Of a stretch of 21,766 nt of DNA, positions 1 through 9,438 are shown in pieces. The DNA lies in NCBI GenBank assembly GCA_031409655.1, contig JANNXQ010000267.1, forward strand, positions 1 through 21,766, read 5' to 3'. A program made the translations under genes and the position numbers. The notes below the pieces were generated by a model. It searched no databases, was not told the origin of the DNA, and was given only the letters and a program-made list of their open reading frames with translations. Numbering within the stretch: the first letter of the stretch is position 1; each line of letters opens with the position of its first letter. This DNA is from Chthoniobacteraceae bacterium (lineage in GTDB: Bacteria > Verrucomicrobiota > Verrucomicrobiia > Chthoniobacterales > Chthoniobacteraceae).

Positions 1-192
1 CTTGGCTTCGCCGGCAGCATGCTGGCGATCAACCGGACGAACATCGAAGCGGCCAATAGCCGCATCGTGGACGTGGATGTCGCTTACGAATCCACGCGCC
101 TCGCCCGCAATAACATCCTCGTGCAATCGAGCACCGCGATGCTCGCTCAGGCGAACTCCGCCACGCAGTCCGCCCTCCGGCTCCTGCAGTAA
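1..192 (+). CDS. fliC: Flagellin, C-terminal part only (5' end outside window)
   Basis: Frame 1 (absent from the ORF track) reads LGFAGSMLAINRTNIEAANSRIVDVDVAYESTRLARNNILVQSSTAMLAQANSATQSALRLLQ*, with TAA at 190-192. This is the flagellin C-terminal D0/D1 signature (SRIxDxDxAxE...ILxQ...AMLAQAN...LxLL). Confidence 0.95.
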   Translation, partial: LGFAGSMLAINRTNIEAANSRIVDVDVAYESTRLARNNILVQSSTAMLAQANSATQSALRLLQ

Positions 193-218
193 GCGAAGTC
201 CAGAAAGCAAAGTCCTAG

Positions 219-256
219 CAAAACTCCCCCGGGTGAAAGCCTGGGGGAGTTTTTGT
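219..256 (+). terminator. Rho-independent terminator after flagellin
   Basis: AAAACTCCCCCGGGT-GAAA-GCCTGGGGGAGTTTTTG: GC-rich stem, GNRA loop and T-tract, about 27 nt after the flagellin stop. Confidence 0.85.
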
Positions 257-421
257 TTCTGGACGAAATCCCCGAAGCCAAGCGACAGGCGCGAAATAAG
301 TTGGGCGAAGTACAGTGACGTCCGGAGGTGGCCCGGAGCGACCGCTTTCCCCTCGTTTCACGCGCTCCGGGGTGGTCTTGAATTTTGGATCTTCAATCAG
401 GAATCCTCCCCCGACGGCTTG

Positions 422-437
422 TGGCAGTGAAGCTGCT
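422..437 (+). promoter_or_regulatory. Putative sigma54 (-24/-12) promoter
   Basis: TGGCAGTGAAGCTGCT has exact GG-N10-GC spacing (consensus TGGCAC-N5-TTGCW). It lies just upstream of the ATG at 451, heading an operon that encodes a sigma54 activator. Confidence 0.6.
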
Positions 438-450
438 ATGATTCCACAGG

Positions 451-975
451 ATGCGCTCCCGCTCCTTTCTCATCCTCGCGACTCTCACCCTCAGCGCGCA
501 CTCCCAAGCCGGTGGCGATGGGTCCGCGCCGCGGAAGCAATTTCACCGCTCGTCCATCTACCCCTTCATTTTTCGGCCGGAGTGTTACCTCGCCACGAAT
601 GGGCCCGCGCCCCTGCGTTTCGCCGCACCGCTGCCGGGCTGTGAAAATCGCCGCGCCCCAGAGCTGACCCCTGCGGCCAAAGGTCTGCCGAAACAGGAAC
701 CGCCCGCTCCCGTCCCGCCGCCAGCACCCGTGACGGCGCCGCTGCCGGCGCCCGAGTTACCGCCGGCACCCGAGCCCGCCTTCCCACCGCCCATCGACGC
801 CCAGTTGCCCAAGTCCAGCACGCACGATTTCTCGAAGCTCCCGGATGAGGTGCTCGAATATTTCAAGAACACCGAAGGTCGCCCCCTCCGCCGCGACTAT
901 CTCTTCGATCCGATCTTCCAGCCCGCACTTCCCCATGATCTCCCGAAGAGCAAAGCGACTTATCAGCAAAAGTAA
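451..975 (+). CDS. Proline-rich exported hypothetical protein (174 aa)
   Basis: Signal-peptide-like N-terminus (MRSRSFLILATLTLSAHSQA), central Pro/Ala/Glu-rich linker, compact C-terminal segment. First gene of the operon. Confidence 0.75.
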   Translation: MRSRSFLILATLTLSAHSQAGGDGSAPRKQFHRSSIYPFIFRPECYLATNGPAPLRFAAPLPGCENRRAPELTPAAKGLPKQEPPAPVPPPAPVTAPLPAPELPPAPEPAFPPPIDAQLPKSSTHDFSKLPDEVLEYFKNTEGRPLRRDYLFDPIFQPALPHDLPKSKATYQQK

Positions 976-2278
976 CGGGTGGCGCGTGCTGACCTTGGCG
1001 CTGCTCGGCGCGGCGGCCGGTGCGGCCGAGCCCTCGCCCGCTTCTGCGCAGGAGTCTGCCCTTGCAAAGCCCGCGGCTCATGAAGCGCCCGCCGCTCCAG
1101 AAGCAGAACCTGCTGATCCCAATGAGCAGCCGCTCGCGCCTGGGCTAAAGACGGAATTGCACGGCTACACCCAGCTCGCCAAGGACGCCGCCGACAAACA
1201 GAAGTGGCAGCTCGCGGATCATTTCCTGGCCTTGCTCGTCGGCCTTCCGATCCCGGAATCCGCAAAGAAGAATTCCCTGCGCGAGATCGCGACCAGCTTC
1301 GAGAAGAAGGGCGAGCGCGCCAAGGCCATCGCCATCTACGAGAAGATGGCCGTGCTTTTTGCCGAGGATGCCGATTCCCCCGGGATGCTCTTCAAGGCCG
1401 CCGAACTCTACCGCGAATCCGGCGCCTACGGCCGGGCGATTGCGCGTTTCTATTCCGTGCTGAATTCCGCGCTCAAAGTGCGAGACGATGAGATCGAGGC
1501 CTACCAGGAACTCACCCGGCGGACGCAAATCGAAATTGCCGAGACCCATTTTCTGGCGCGCGACTATCCGCAAGCCGCGAAGTTTTGCGAACTCGCGCTC
1601 CGCCTCGAGCTCACGCCCGAGCAGCGCACCCGGATTCTCTTCCGGCATCTGCACTGCAAGTTTGTCCTCGGCGATACCAATGGCGCGGTTGCCGCCGCGC
1701 AGAAGTTTCTCGCGGACTCGCCGGACGATTTGTCTGCTCCGGAGTGCCGCTACCTGCTCGCCACGGCGCTGCGTTCGTTGGATCGGAAAAAGGAAGCCCT
1801 GGAGGTCGTGCTGGCGCTTTTGCGGACGGAGAATACCCGGAAGGAAAAGGCCCCCGAGCGCTGGTCTTACTGGCAGAAGAAAACCGGCAACGAGTTTGCC
1901 AACGACTACTACCAGCGCGCCGATTTTCTCAGCGCGCTGACCATCTACCAAACGCTGGCGAAGCTGAACGACGATCCCGACTGGCAATGGCCCGTGATCT
2001 ATCAGATGGGACTCTGCTTTGAGCGGCTGCGGCTCGTGACGCGGGCGGCGGAAGCTTACAAATTCATCCTCGACGAAGCGGCGAAACCCGAGCGCGCCGC
2101 TCAGAAACTTTCGGAGCCCGTGACCAATCTCGTGCAGATGGCCCGTTGGCGCGGCGAGCAACTGGCCTGGCAGAGTACCACCGAAACGAAGCTCCAGCGC
2201 TTGCTCGGTGAGCCGCGGGACGTGCCCGGCCAGGCGCCCATCGAATCCTTGAACCCCGCCGCTGCGAATACCCCATGA
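935..2278 (+). CDS. Exported tetratricopeptide-repeat (TPR) protein (~447 aa)
   Basis: Repeated TPR-like helices (AKAIAIYEK, MLFKAAELY..GAYGRAIARF, RYLLATAL, IYQMGLCFERL..AAEAY). ATG at 935 gives a basic n-region and hydrophobic h-region; GTG at 986 is an alternative start. Stop overlaps the next ATG (ATGA). Confidence 0.85.
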   Translation: MISRRAKRLISKSNGWRVLTLALLGAAAGAAEPSPASAQESALAKPAAHEAPAAPEAEPADPNEQPLAPGLKTELHGYTQLAKDAADKQKWQLADHFLALLVGLPIPESAKKNSLREIATSFEKKGERAKAIAIYEKMAVLFAEDADSPGMLFKAAELYRESGAYGRAIARFYSVLNSALKVRDDEIEAYQELTRRTQIEIAETHFLARDYPQAAKFCELALRLELTPEQRTRILFRHLHCKFVLGDTNGAVAAAQKFLADSPDDLSAPECRYLLATALRSLDRKKEALEVVLALLRTENTRKEKAPERWSYWQKKTGNEFANDYYQRADFLSALTIYQTLAKLNDDPDWQWPVIYQMGLCFERLRLVTRAAEAYKFILDEAAKPERAAQKLSEPVTNLVQMARWRGEQLAWQSTTETKLQRLLGEPRDVPGQAPIESLNPAAANTP

Positions 2279-2652
2279 GCCTCGAAGCCACGCTCCAGGA
2301 TCACACCGCGCTCTGCGGCCGGATCTACGATTTGATGATCGAAGAGAACCGCCACCTTAGCACCGTGGGCACGCCGCCCGATGACTCCTTGCTCGAGCGC
2401 AAGCGCGGCCTCCTCGCCGCGCTCGCGCCGTCCGTCGAACGGCTGCGCGCCGTCGGCGGGAAAGTGACCTCGCCCGAAGTCCGCTCCTGCATCGAGAAAG
2501 CCATGCAGACGATTCTCAAGGCGCTGCTCCTCGATCGCGAGAATGAGCAATTGCTCCTGAAGTCCACCCTCACCCGGCGCTCCACCGTCCCCCCCGCGCG
2601 GCCCGACGCCTCCCAACTGCAACGCATTTACGGCCGCGCGCTCGCTTCCTAG
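2275..2652 (+). CDS. FlgN/FliT-like flagellar export chaperone (putative)
   Basis: 125-aa helical protein with chaperone-like pattern (LMIEENRHL...LLERKRGLL...LLLDRENEQLL), translationally coupled in a flagellin-adjacent operon. Family assignment is from pattern and context only. Confidence 0.6.
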   Translation: MSLEATLQDHTALCGRIYDLMIEENRHLSTVGTPPDDSLLERKRGLLAALAPSVERLRAVGGKVTSPEVRSCIEKAMQTILKALLLDRENEQLLLKSTLTRRSTVPPARPDASQLQRIYGRALAS

Positions 2653-2666
2653 CGTTACCCCTTTTC

Positions 2667-4058
<1,392 letters not shown>

Positions 4059-4168
4059 TACCATATCCCGAAAACAATGGGACTGTTCTCCTCCTCCTCC
4101 TACTCGGCGCGTTTCGAGTAGGAGGACGAGGACGAGGACAAGGTTCCGTTTTATCTCACGAGATGGTA
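4059..4168. repeat. 110-bp palindromic MITE/REP-like element
   Basis: Begins TACCAT immediately after the upstream stop and ends ATGGTA, with imperfect ~25-bp terminal inverted repeats. Central perfect 12-bp stem TCCTCCTACTCG (4095-4106) / CGAGTAGGAGGA (4115-4126), extended by CTC and GAGGAC iterations. Confidence 0.6.
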
Positions 4169-4272
4169 CGAGAGGTCGCGAGCTAATCGACGAAGCGCTC
4201 GACGTCGCCGCTGCGGAATCCGCGAGGCTCAGGTCTCCCTCATCACCGCGTGAGGGTGTGGGGGCGGCGGGA

Positions 4273-5178
4273 TCACGCAGCCCAGAGCGCCGCCTCGGTT
4301 GCGTATTGCTCCTGGGCTTCCCCGATCAGGCCGGGCACCTCTTCACTGGAGGCCCGGATGAGGCCCAGCGAGCGGCCCAGTTGCTCGATCGTCTCGAGAT
4401 CGACGGGGTGGCCTTCGGGGTGGCCGAGGCCGGACGCATGGGCGAGCAGGTCCGCCATCTTCACCAGCGACAGCTTCCGATCCGCCGTGGTCTCGATGCC
4501 TTCCAATGGCTCGCGGTAGCGCAGGATCGTTTGGCATATTTCCGGGGGAAAGTTCCACCGGCTCGCCACCAGCGCGCCGATCAGGGGATGGGAGAAGCCG
4601 ATCTCCTCCATCTCCGCGGTGACGAAATCCACCCCGGTCTCGCGGATGCGTTGCAGCACGCGGAGATAGGCCGACCGCGTCTTTTCCTGAGATAGCAAAA
4701 CGACCTGGCCGAGCCGGTGGAGCAGGCCGGTCAGGAAAATTTCATCGACCAAAGGCCGGGCGACCGTCTCGGCCAGCCGGCGACCGATCATGGCCGTGGC
4801 CAGGGAGTTTTCCCACACCAGGGTGTCCACCCGTTCGCGCTTCGCCATGCCCCGCATCGAGGTGGCGAGCACCAGAGAGCGCATCTTGGCATAGCCGACC
4901 AGATTGACCGCCTGTTCAACGGCCACGACCCTCCCTGCCTGGGCAAAGGCGGCGGAGTTGGCGATCCGCAAGACCGCCGAAGCGATGCCCGTGTCGAGGG
5001 ATACCACCTTCGCCAACTGGCTGGAGTTCGAATCCGGATCGTCGAGCAGCTTCAGGAGTTTGATGGCATTCTGCGGCAGCGGCGGAATGCGTTCGGCGCA
5101 GGCGATGATCTCCTCGCGGGAGACGCCTTTGCCGCAGCGGCCTTCGTATTCGGAGAGGAGATCGGGAGCGGTTGGCAT
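4273..5178 (-). CDS. HDOD-domain signalling protein (~301 aa)
   Basis: IPPLPQNAIKLLKLL, D.GIASAVLRIANSA, VEQAVNLVG, FLTGLLHRLGQVVL, E...IGFSHPLIGALVASRWNFP. Start placed at ATG 5178 (MPTAPDLL), downstream of the sigma54 motif. Confidence 0.92.
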   Translation of the reverse strand: MPTAPDLLSEYEGRCGKGVSREEIIACAERIPPLPQNAIKLLKLLDDPDSNSSQLAKVVSLDTGIASAVLRIANSAAFAQAGRVVAVEQAVNLVGYAKMRSLVLATSMRGMAKRERVDTLVWENSLATAMIGRRLAETVARPLVDEIFLTGLLHRLGQVVLLSQEKTRSAYLRVLQRIRETGVDFVTAEMEEIGFSHPLIGALVASRWNFPPEICQTILRYREPLEGIETTADRKLSLVKMADLLAHASGLGHPEGHPVDLETIEQLGRSLGLIRASSEEVPGLIGEAQEQYATEAALWAA

Positions 5179-5221
5179 CGGTAGTGGAGCGGTGAAAAGC
5201 GGGCGTGCCAGAAACCCATTG

Positions 5222-5237
5222 AGCAAACGCCAGGCCA
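5222..5237 (-). promoter_or_regulatory. Putative sigma54 (-24/-12) promoter of the HDOD gene
   Basis: Minus strand TGGCCTGGCGTTTGCT = TGGC-N7-TTGCT with GG-N10-GC spacing, about 45 nt upstream of ATG 5178. Confidence 0.65.
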
Positions 5238-5364
5238 CTGATTTGCCACGCGCGTTTTCCTTTTCAAAATGTCCGCAGCTCGCGCGCGGCCAGCGCGGGC
5301 TTGGCAGCAGGACCGGGGGAGGAGTGCTGGTTGCGGACAGGGCGCCGCGGATCAGGCTCCTGTC

Positions 5365-6453
5365 TTACTGGCGCAGGATCGTCGCGGGCCACTCGCTGGT
5401 CACGATGGGCTTCGTCGTCAGCTTCGCCGGATCGACGACGACCTGTTTCACCTTCTGGCGTTTCCAAGTGTAGGTGATGTGAACGAGGCCGTCCCTCGTC
5501 TGGATGATCGCGGGGTAGCTGAACTCCTTCTTCGGCTCGTCTTCCAGCACCAGGGCGGCTTCCCAGACCTTCCCATCTTTGCTCATAGCAAGATTCAGCG
5601 GGCTGCGGCCTTTGGAGGTGTGGTTGTAGATGAGCAGATGACTGCCATCGGCAACCGTGACGGCATCGGTCCCGGAGTTAGGATTGGGCAAGTCTGTCAG
5701 TGAAATTGCGCCCCAGGTTTTGCCCGCATCTTCCGAGGTGATTTGGAAGACTTTGCCCTGCCGTGTACGGCCCACGGCCTGGAGTATATCGCCGCCGAGA
5801 AAGAGGATGCTTGGCTGGATGGCGCTGACGGTGATGCCGTCGTGCAGCAACTCCGTGCGCTGCCAGGTTTTGCCGACATCGCTCGTGCGCTCGAAGTAGA
5901 TGGCCCACTTGCTGGGCTTTTCGTCGGTCTCGTTGCTCGTGGGGCAGAGGATGTCGCCGTTGGCCAACTGCACCGGCTTATTCTTGATCGGGCCAAAGAT
6001 GCCTTTGGGTAGCCTCTGCGCGGCGGACCATGTTTTGCCACCGTCGTCGGAGGTTTTGAGCTCACCCCACCATGTGCTCGGGGAAGGTCCTACTTTGTAA
6101 AATAACATGAGCGACGCATCACGCGGCTGAAACAGCACTGGATTCCAAGTCGGATGCCTGCTGCCGCCGGGTTGAAGGCCATTGGCTGCTTCGACACCTT
6201 CCGTCCAATGGTCATCGACGAGTCGCGAGACCCAAATGGCCACGTCAGGATTCTTTTCCGCGGTGCCCCCAAACCAGGCGCACACGAGGCCGGTGGGAGT
6301 CTCGACGATCGTCGTGGCGTGGATCGATGGATACGGGCCGGTATCGTAGATGTACTCCGACTTCACCAAGCCCAGCGCGGCTTCCGCGGCCTGCGCGCAT
6401 GGGGAAAACAAAAGGGCTCCGGCGACGACGGCGGTGGCAGTGAGACAGTTCAT
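5365..6453 (-). CDS. Exported BNR/Asp-box sialidase-fold glycoside hydrolase (GH33-like)
   Basis: Signal peptide, Asp-boxes TSDDGGKTW, TSDVGKTW, TSEDAGKTW and SKDGKVW, C-terminal FSYP tyrosine. ATGA overlap with the upstream aldolase gene. Confidence 0.9.
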   Translation of the reverse strand: MNCLTATAVVAGALLFSPCAQAAEAALGLVKSEYIYDTGPYPSIHATTIVETPTGLVCAWFGGTAEKNPDVAIWVSRLVDDHWTEGVEAANGLQPGGSRHPTWNPVLFQPRDASLMLFYKVGPSPSTWWGELKTSDDGGKTWSAAQRLPKGIFGPIKNKPVQLANGDILCPTSNETDEKPSKWAIYFERTSDVGKTWQRTELLHDGITVSAIQPSILFLGGDILQAVGRTRQGKVFQITSEDAGKTWGAISLTDLPNPNSGTDAVTVADGSHLLIYNHTSKGRSPLNLAMSKDGKVWEAALVLEDEPKKEFSYPAIIQTRDGLVHITYTWKRQKVKQVVVDPAKLTTKPIVTSEWPATILRQ

Positions 6454-7370
6454 AGGTTTTTCAGGAGTGGGTTGAGTTGATCGAGGATCTGGCGCACGCG
6501 CCGGCGTTCGGGTTCGTGAAACTTTGCGAAAGGCTCAGCCATGCAATCGTCGCAGACCCCGAGCAGGGAGAGTGCGCACTTGATGCCTTTGATGATCGCC
6601 GACGAATGGCGGCCAACGCGGTAGAGCCCTTCGCACACCCTCATCACCACGGTCTGCAACTCGCGGACTCGCGAGAAGTCGCCCGCGCGTGCCGCCTCGA
6701 ATAATCTCACGTAAAGCTGCGGGAAGACATTCGCCCCGCCATTCACGCCGCCGTGCGCGCCCGCGAGCACGGCAGCGGCGAGCATTTCCTCGGGGCCGAC
6801 GAGCACCGGCCAATCCGGACGGTGCGGAAGGAGAGCGAGTACGCGGTGTACATAGATCATGCTGCACGAACTGTCCTTGATGCCGATGATGCGCGGATCG
6901 TCCATCGCGCGGCGGACGATTTCCAACTCGAAGGAAACCTTCGTCAGCGCGGGCATGTTGTAGAGGAAGACCGGGAGCGGAAGCTCGGGGACGAGATGAT
7001 GGAGATATTCCTGCAACTCCGACTGGCCCGCCGGCAGATAATACGGCGGCGCGACGACCAGCGCATCCGCACCCGCGTCGGCGGACCAGCGCGCGACATT
7101 CAGCGATTCCTGAAACGCGGTGTCGGTGATGCCGACGAGCACGGGCACGCGACCTTTCACCTGCCGGCAAGTGCGCTCGATGAGTTCCTTGCGTAATGAG
7201 TAACTCAGGCTTGGTCCCTCGCCGGTGGTGCCGAGGATGAAGAGCCCATGAACACCGCCCGCGAGGATGTGCTCGATGAGCTGTTCGAGGCCTGCTTCGT
7301 CGAGGGTATCGCGGCCGCGCAGAGGCGTGACCATCGGTGGGATGATGCCGTGGTATTTCGGGAGGGTCAT
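6450..7370 (-). CDS. DHDPS/N-acetylneuraminate-lyase family pyruvate-dependent aldolase
   Basis: GIIPPMVTP, GTTGEG, PPYY, LYNMP and Schiff-base lysine in GIKDSS. Catabolic context argues against a biosynthetic dapA. Confidence 0.93.
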   Translation of the reverse strand: MTLPKYHGIIPPMVTPLRGRDTLDEAGLEQLIEHILAGGVHGLFILGTTGEGPSLSYSLRKELIERTCRQVKGRVPVLVGITDTAFQESLNVARWSADAGADALVVAPPYYLPAGQSELQEYLHHLVPELPLPVFLYNMPALTKVSFELEIVRRAMDDPRIIGIKDSSCSMIYVHRVLALLPHRPDWPVLVGPEEMLAAAVLAGAHGGVNGGANVFPQLYVRLFEAARAGDFSRVRELQTVVMRVCEGLYRVGRHSSAIIKGIKCALSLLGVCDDCMAEPFAKFHEPERRRVRQILDQLNPLLKNL

Positions 7371-7384
7371 GGAGTGGAGTGGTC

Positions 7385-7436
7385 TCTTCCTCTTCCTTTT
7401 CCTCCTCCGACAAAGGGAGGAAGATTAAGAGGAAGA
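7385..7436. repeat. Intergenic pyrimidine/purine-asymmetric palindrome (REP-like stem-loop)
   Basis: TCTTCCTCTT (7385-7394) / AAGAGGAAGA (7427-7436) perfect 10-bp arms plus inner TTCCTCC/GGAGGAA, between the MFS and aldolase genes. Confidence 0.6.
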
Positions 7437-7443
7437 ATTCTGA

Positions 7444-8694
7444 TCAGGTGGCGTGCGTTTCGCGCGGTTTGATGAGCAGGACATTGATGATCGAGAAAAA
7501 GGCGACTGCGGCGAAGACGCCGAAGATGAGATTCAGCGGCACCCCGCGGTCGCGCAGCACGCCGAAGCCCCAGTCGCCCACGCCGCCAAACATCATGCTC
7601 ACGAAATTCATGATGCCGTAACCGGTGGCGCGCATTTCCGGCCGCACGATCTGGCTGAGGATTGGCATGTTATTGCAGTCGAAAAAGCCCCAGCCGATGC
7701 CGAAGAGAATCAACGAGCCAATGGCAAGGGAGAAGGAGTTCATCGCCGGTGCATTGCCCACTCCGAACATTGCCGGGACGATGAGCAGCATGCCGATCGC
7801 ACTCACGTAGATGCGTCCACGCTCGGTGCGCTGCATCCAGCGATCGGCCAGCCAGCCGCCGAGGATCGCGGCGAAGAGCGCCGCCGCCTGCCAGTAGAGC
7901 GACGCGGAAACGCCAGCCTTGCCCTGGCTGATGTTGAAGGCTTTTTGCAGGATCGCGGGCATCCAGTCGCGCACCACCCACGCGGCCACGGCCGGGAGCG
8001 TGAAATAGATCACGAGCAGGATGAAATTTCGGTTCAGCAGTAACTCGCGCGAGGTGCGACCGATGGTGGGCTGGACTGCGACGGCGTTACTTTCCGTCTG
8101 CCGCGGCGCATCGCGGAGGAAGAACAGCAACGGGATCGCGTAGAGGATTCCCGCCAGCCCGGTGAAATCGAACATGAAGCGCCAGCCGAGCGCGGGTTCA
8201 TCGGCCACGTAACCCGAGAAGCCGCCGATCATCACGCCGCAGTAGATGCCCATCTGATGCACGCCGACCGCGCGGGAGCGAGTGTGCCCGGTGTGATAGT
8301 CGGCGATCAGCGCGAGCGCCGCCGGGATGTAGAAGGCCTCGCTGATTCCCATCGCCGTCCGCGCCCAAAGTAACTCTTCGTAACTCGTCACGCGGCCCGT
8401 GAGCCAGGTGATGATCGACCAGACCAGAAGGCTGCCGCAGATCGCATACTTCCGACTGAACCGATCCGCGATGTAACCCCCGATGGGACTGCACACCGCA
8501 TAGACGAACTTGAACTTGCCCAGCATCAGCCCCCAATTCGCTTCGCTCCCGATGCTCGGGATGTCGTTCATCACCGAGACCTTCATCGCGGCGATCATCT
8601 GGCGATCGAGGTAGTTCAGCAGCGCGACGGGAAAGAGCAACGCCACGATGAACCAGGCGTAGCGGAGTGGGGAAGGGGGGGCTTCGGTGTTCAT
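7444..8694 (-). CDS. MFS transporter (sugar-acid/anion type)
   Basis: LLNYLDR in TM1, motif A GYIADRFSRK, GISEAFYIPA, GWLADRW, about 12 hydrophobic segments. Confidence 0.95.
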   Translation of the reverse strand: MNTEAPPSPLRYAWFIVALLFPVALLNYLDRQMIAAMKVSVMNDIPSIGSEANWGLMLGKFKFVYAVCSPIGGYIADRFSRKYAICGSLLVWSIITWLTGRVTSYEELLWARTAMGISEAFYIPAALALIADYHTGHTRSRAVGVHQMGIYCGVMIGGFSGYVADEPALGWRFMFDFTGLAGILYAIPLLFFLRDAPRQTESNAVAVQPTIGRTSRELLLNRNFILLVIYFTLPAVAAWVVRDWMPAILQKAFNISQGKAGVSASLYWQAAALFAAILGGWLADRWMQRTERGRIYVSAIGMLLIVPAMFGVGNAPAMNSFSLAIGSLILFGIGWGFFDCNNMPILSQIVRPEMRATGYGIMNFVSMMFGGVGDWGFGVLRDRGVPLNLIFGVFAAVAFFSIINVLLIKPRETHAT

Positions 8695-8706
8695 TTGGGG
8701 AAAGAA

Positions 8707-9438
8707 TCAGCGCAAGTAAGGCGCGAAAGCTTTCTGCAAAGCCGCATTGGCGCGCACGAGGATGAGGTCGATCGGCAGCACCACGCCGCTTCCGTCCTTC
8801 ACGAAATTGCCGGGGTGCGCGTCGAAGGCGGCGATCTCATCGAGGTCGCGGTAAAAGGCGAGCGCGCCGGGCCGTCCGAGGGACAAGCCGTGCAGCGGGG
8901 CGAACCAGAGCTTGGACATGAACGTGATCATTTCCTCGAGCCCAATACCATCGCCGAAGATCGTGGGCTGGGAGGTGACTACCGCGATCCGACCGGTTTC
9001 AGACGCGACACCTTCGAGCCGGATTCGGTCACCAAAGATTTGGTTTTGGAGGATCTGCCGTTCGAGATACTCCAGTGGAAGCGCTCCGGTGAGTTCAGGA
9101 AGGTGGGCGGTTTCGTCGCCGCAAACCACCGTAAATCCACAACGGCCAGTGTGCGTGGCTTTGAAGTGGCGGGACTGGTCGCCGGGAATCCAAACGCGGT
9201 GCTCTTCCCCCGCATCACAGATTTGCGGCAGATACTCGTCCGCGGAAACTACGCAGAGAGCTTCTTCCGCCCAGGCGAGGAGATCTCTTTCCTGGCGTCG
9301 GCGAAAAACTTCTCGGCTGCTAAGCGCAGACGCTCCCGCTGGGCACGGAGTTGCTCGGAGGTGACGCGCGGCTGATTCAAGCGCACCTTCAGCATCTCCT
9401 CCGGATCGGTCAGATAGATTGGCGGCTTCATGAGGCAT
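8707..9438 (-). CDS. Atypical protein kinase, Kinase-PolyVal-like (243 aa)
   Basis: Kinase-fold motifs in order: GEEHRV, Lys in HFKAT, LEYLER..QN.IFGD, VVTSQP, catalytic loop DAHPGN, metal-binding Asp in LPIDL. ATG 9438 is the only ATG/GTG/TTG in frame between the ribulokinase stop and GEEH; the longer track ORF overlaps the ribulokinase gene. Confidence 0.8.
   Translation of the reverse strand: MPHEAANLSDRSGGDAEGALESAARHLRATPCPAGASALSSREVFRRRQERDLLAWAEEALCVVSADEYLPQICDAGEEHRVWIPGDQSRHFKATHTGRCGFTVVCGDETAHLPELTGALPLEYLERQILQNQIFGDRIRLEGVASETGRIAVVTSQPTIFGDGIGLEEMITFMSKLWFAPLHGLSLGRPGALAFYRDLDEIAAFDAHPGNFVKDGSGVVLPIDLILVRANAALQKAFAPYLR
9249..9431 (-). CDS. Small 60-aa protein nested out of frame in the kinase 5' end (candidate antitoxin/regulator)
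   Basis: MKPPIYLTDPEEMLKVRLNQPRVTSEQLRAQRERLRLAAEKFFADARKEISSPGRKKLSA*. By hand count 47/60 codons end in G/C, versus 25/60 for the first 60 kinase codons. The ATG sits 7 nt after a -10 box. Confidence 0.7.
   Translation of the reverse strand: MKPPIYLTDPEEMLKVRLNQPRVTSEQLRAQRERLRLAAEKFFADARKEISSPGRKKLSA

Noticed and set aside
377..396. Similarity between sequences downstream of both flagellins (TTTTGGATCTTCAA vs TTCTGGATTTTCGA near 21190), and the TTGAA-N9-TTCAA repeat as an activator site
   Set aside because: Only about 14/20 matches at different distances from the stops; compatible with chance.
2..430. 142-aa ORF at the window start
   Set aside because: Wrong frame; frame 1 encodes the flagellin C-terminus and the rest spans a terminator and intergenic DNA.
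7371..7413. Acidic N-terminus MSEEEKEEEET of a 292-aa ORF
   Set aside because: Translation artefact of the purine-rich palindrome arm; the ORF overlaps the aldolase out of frame.
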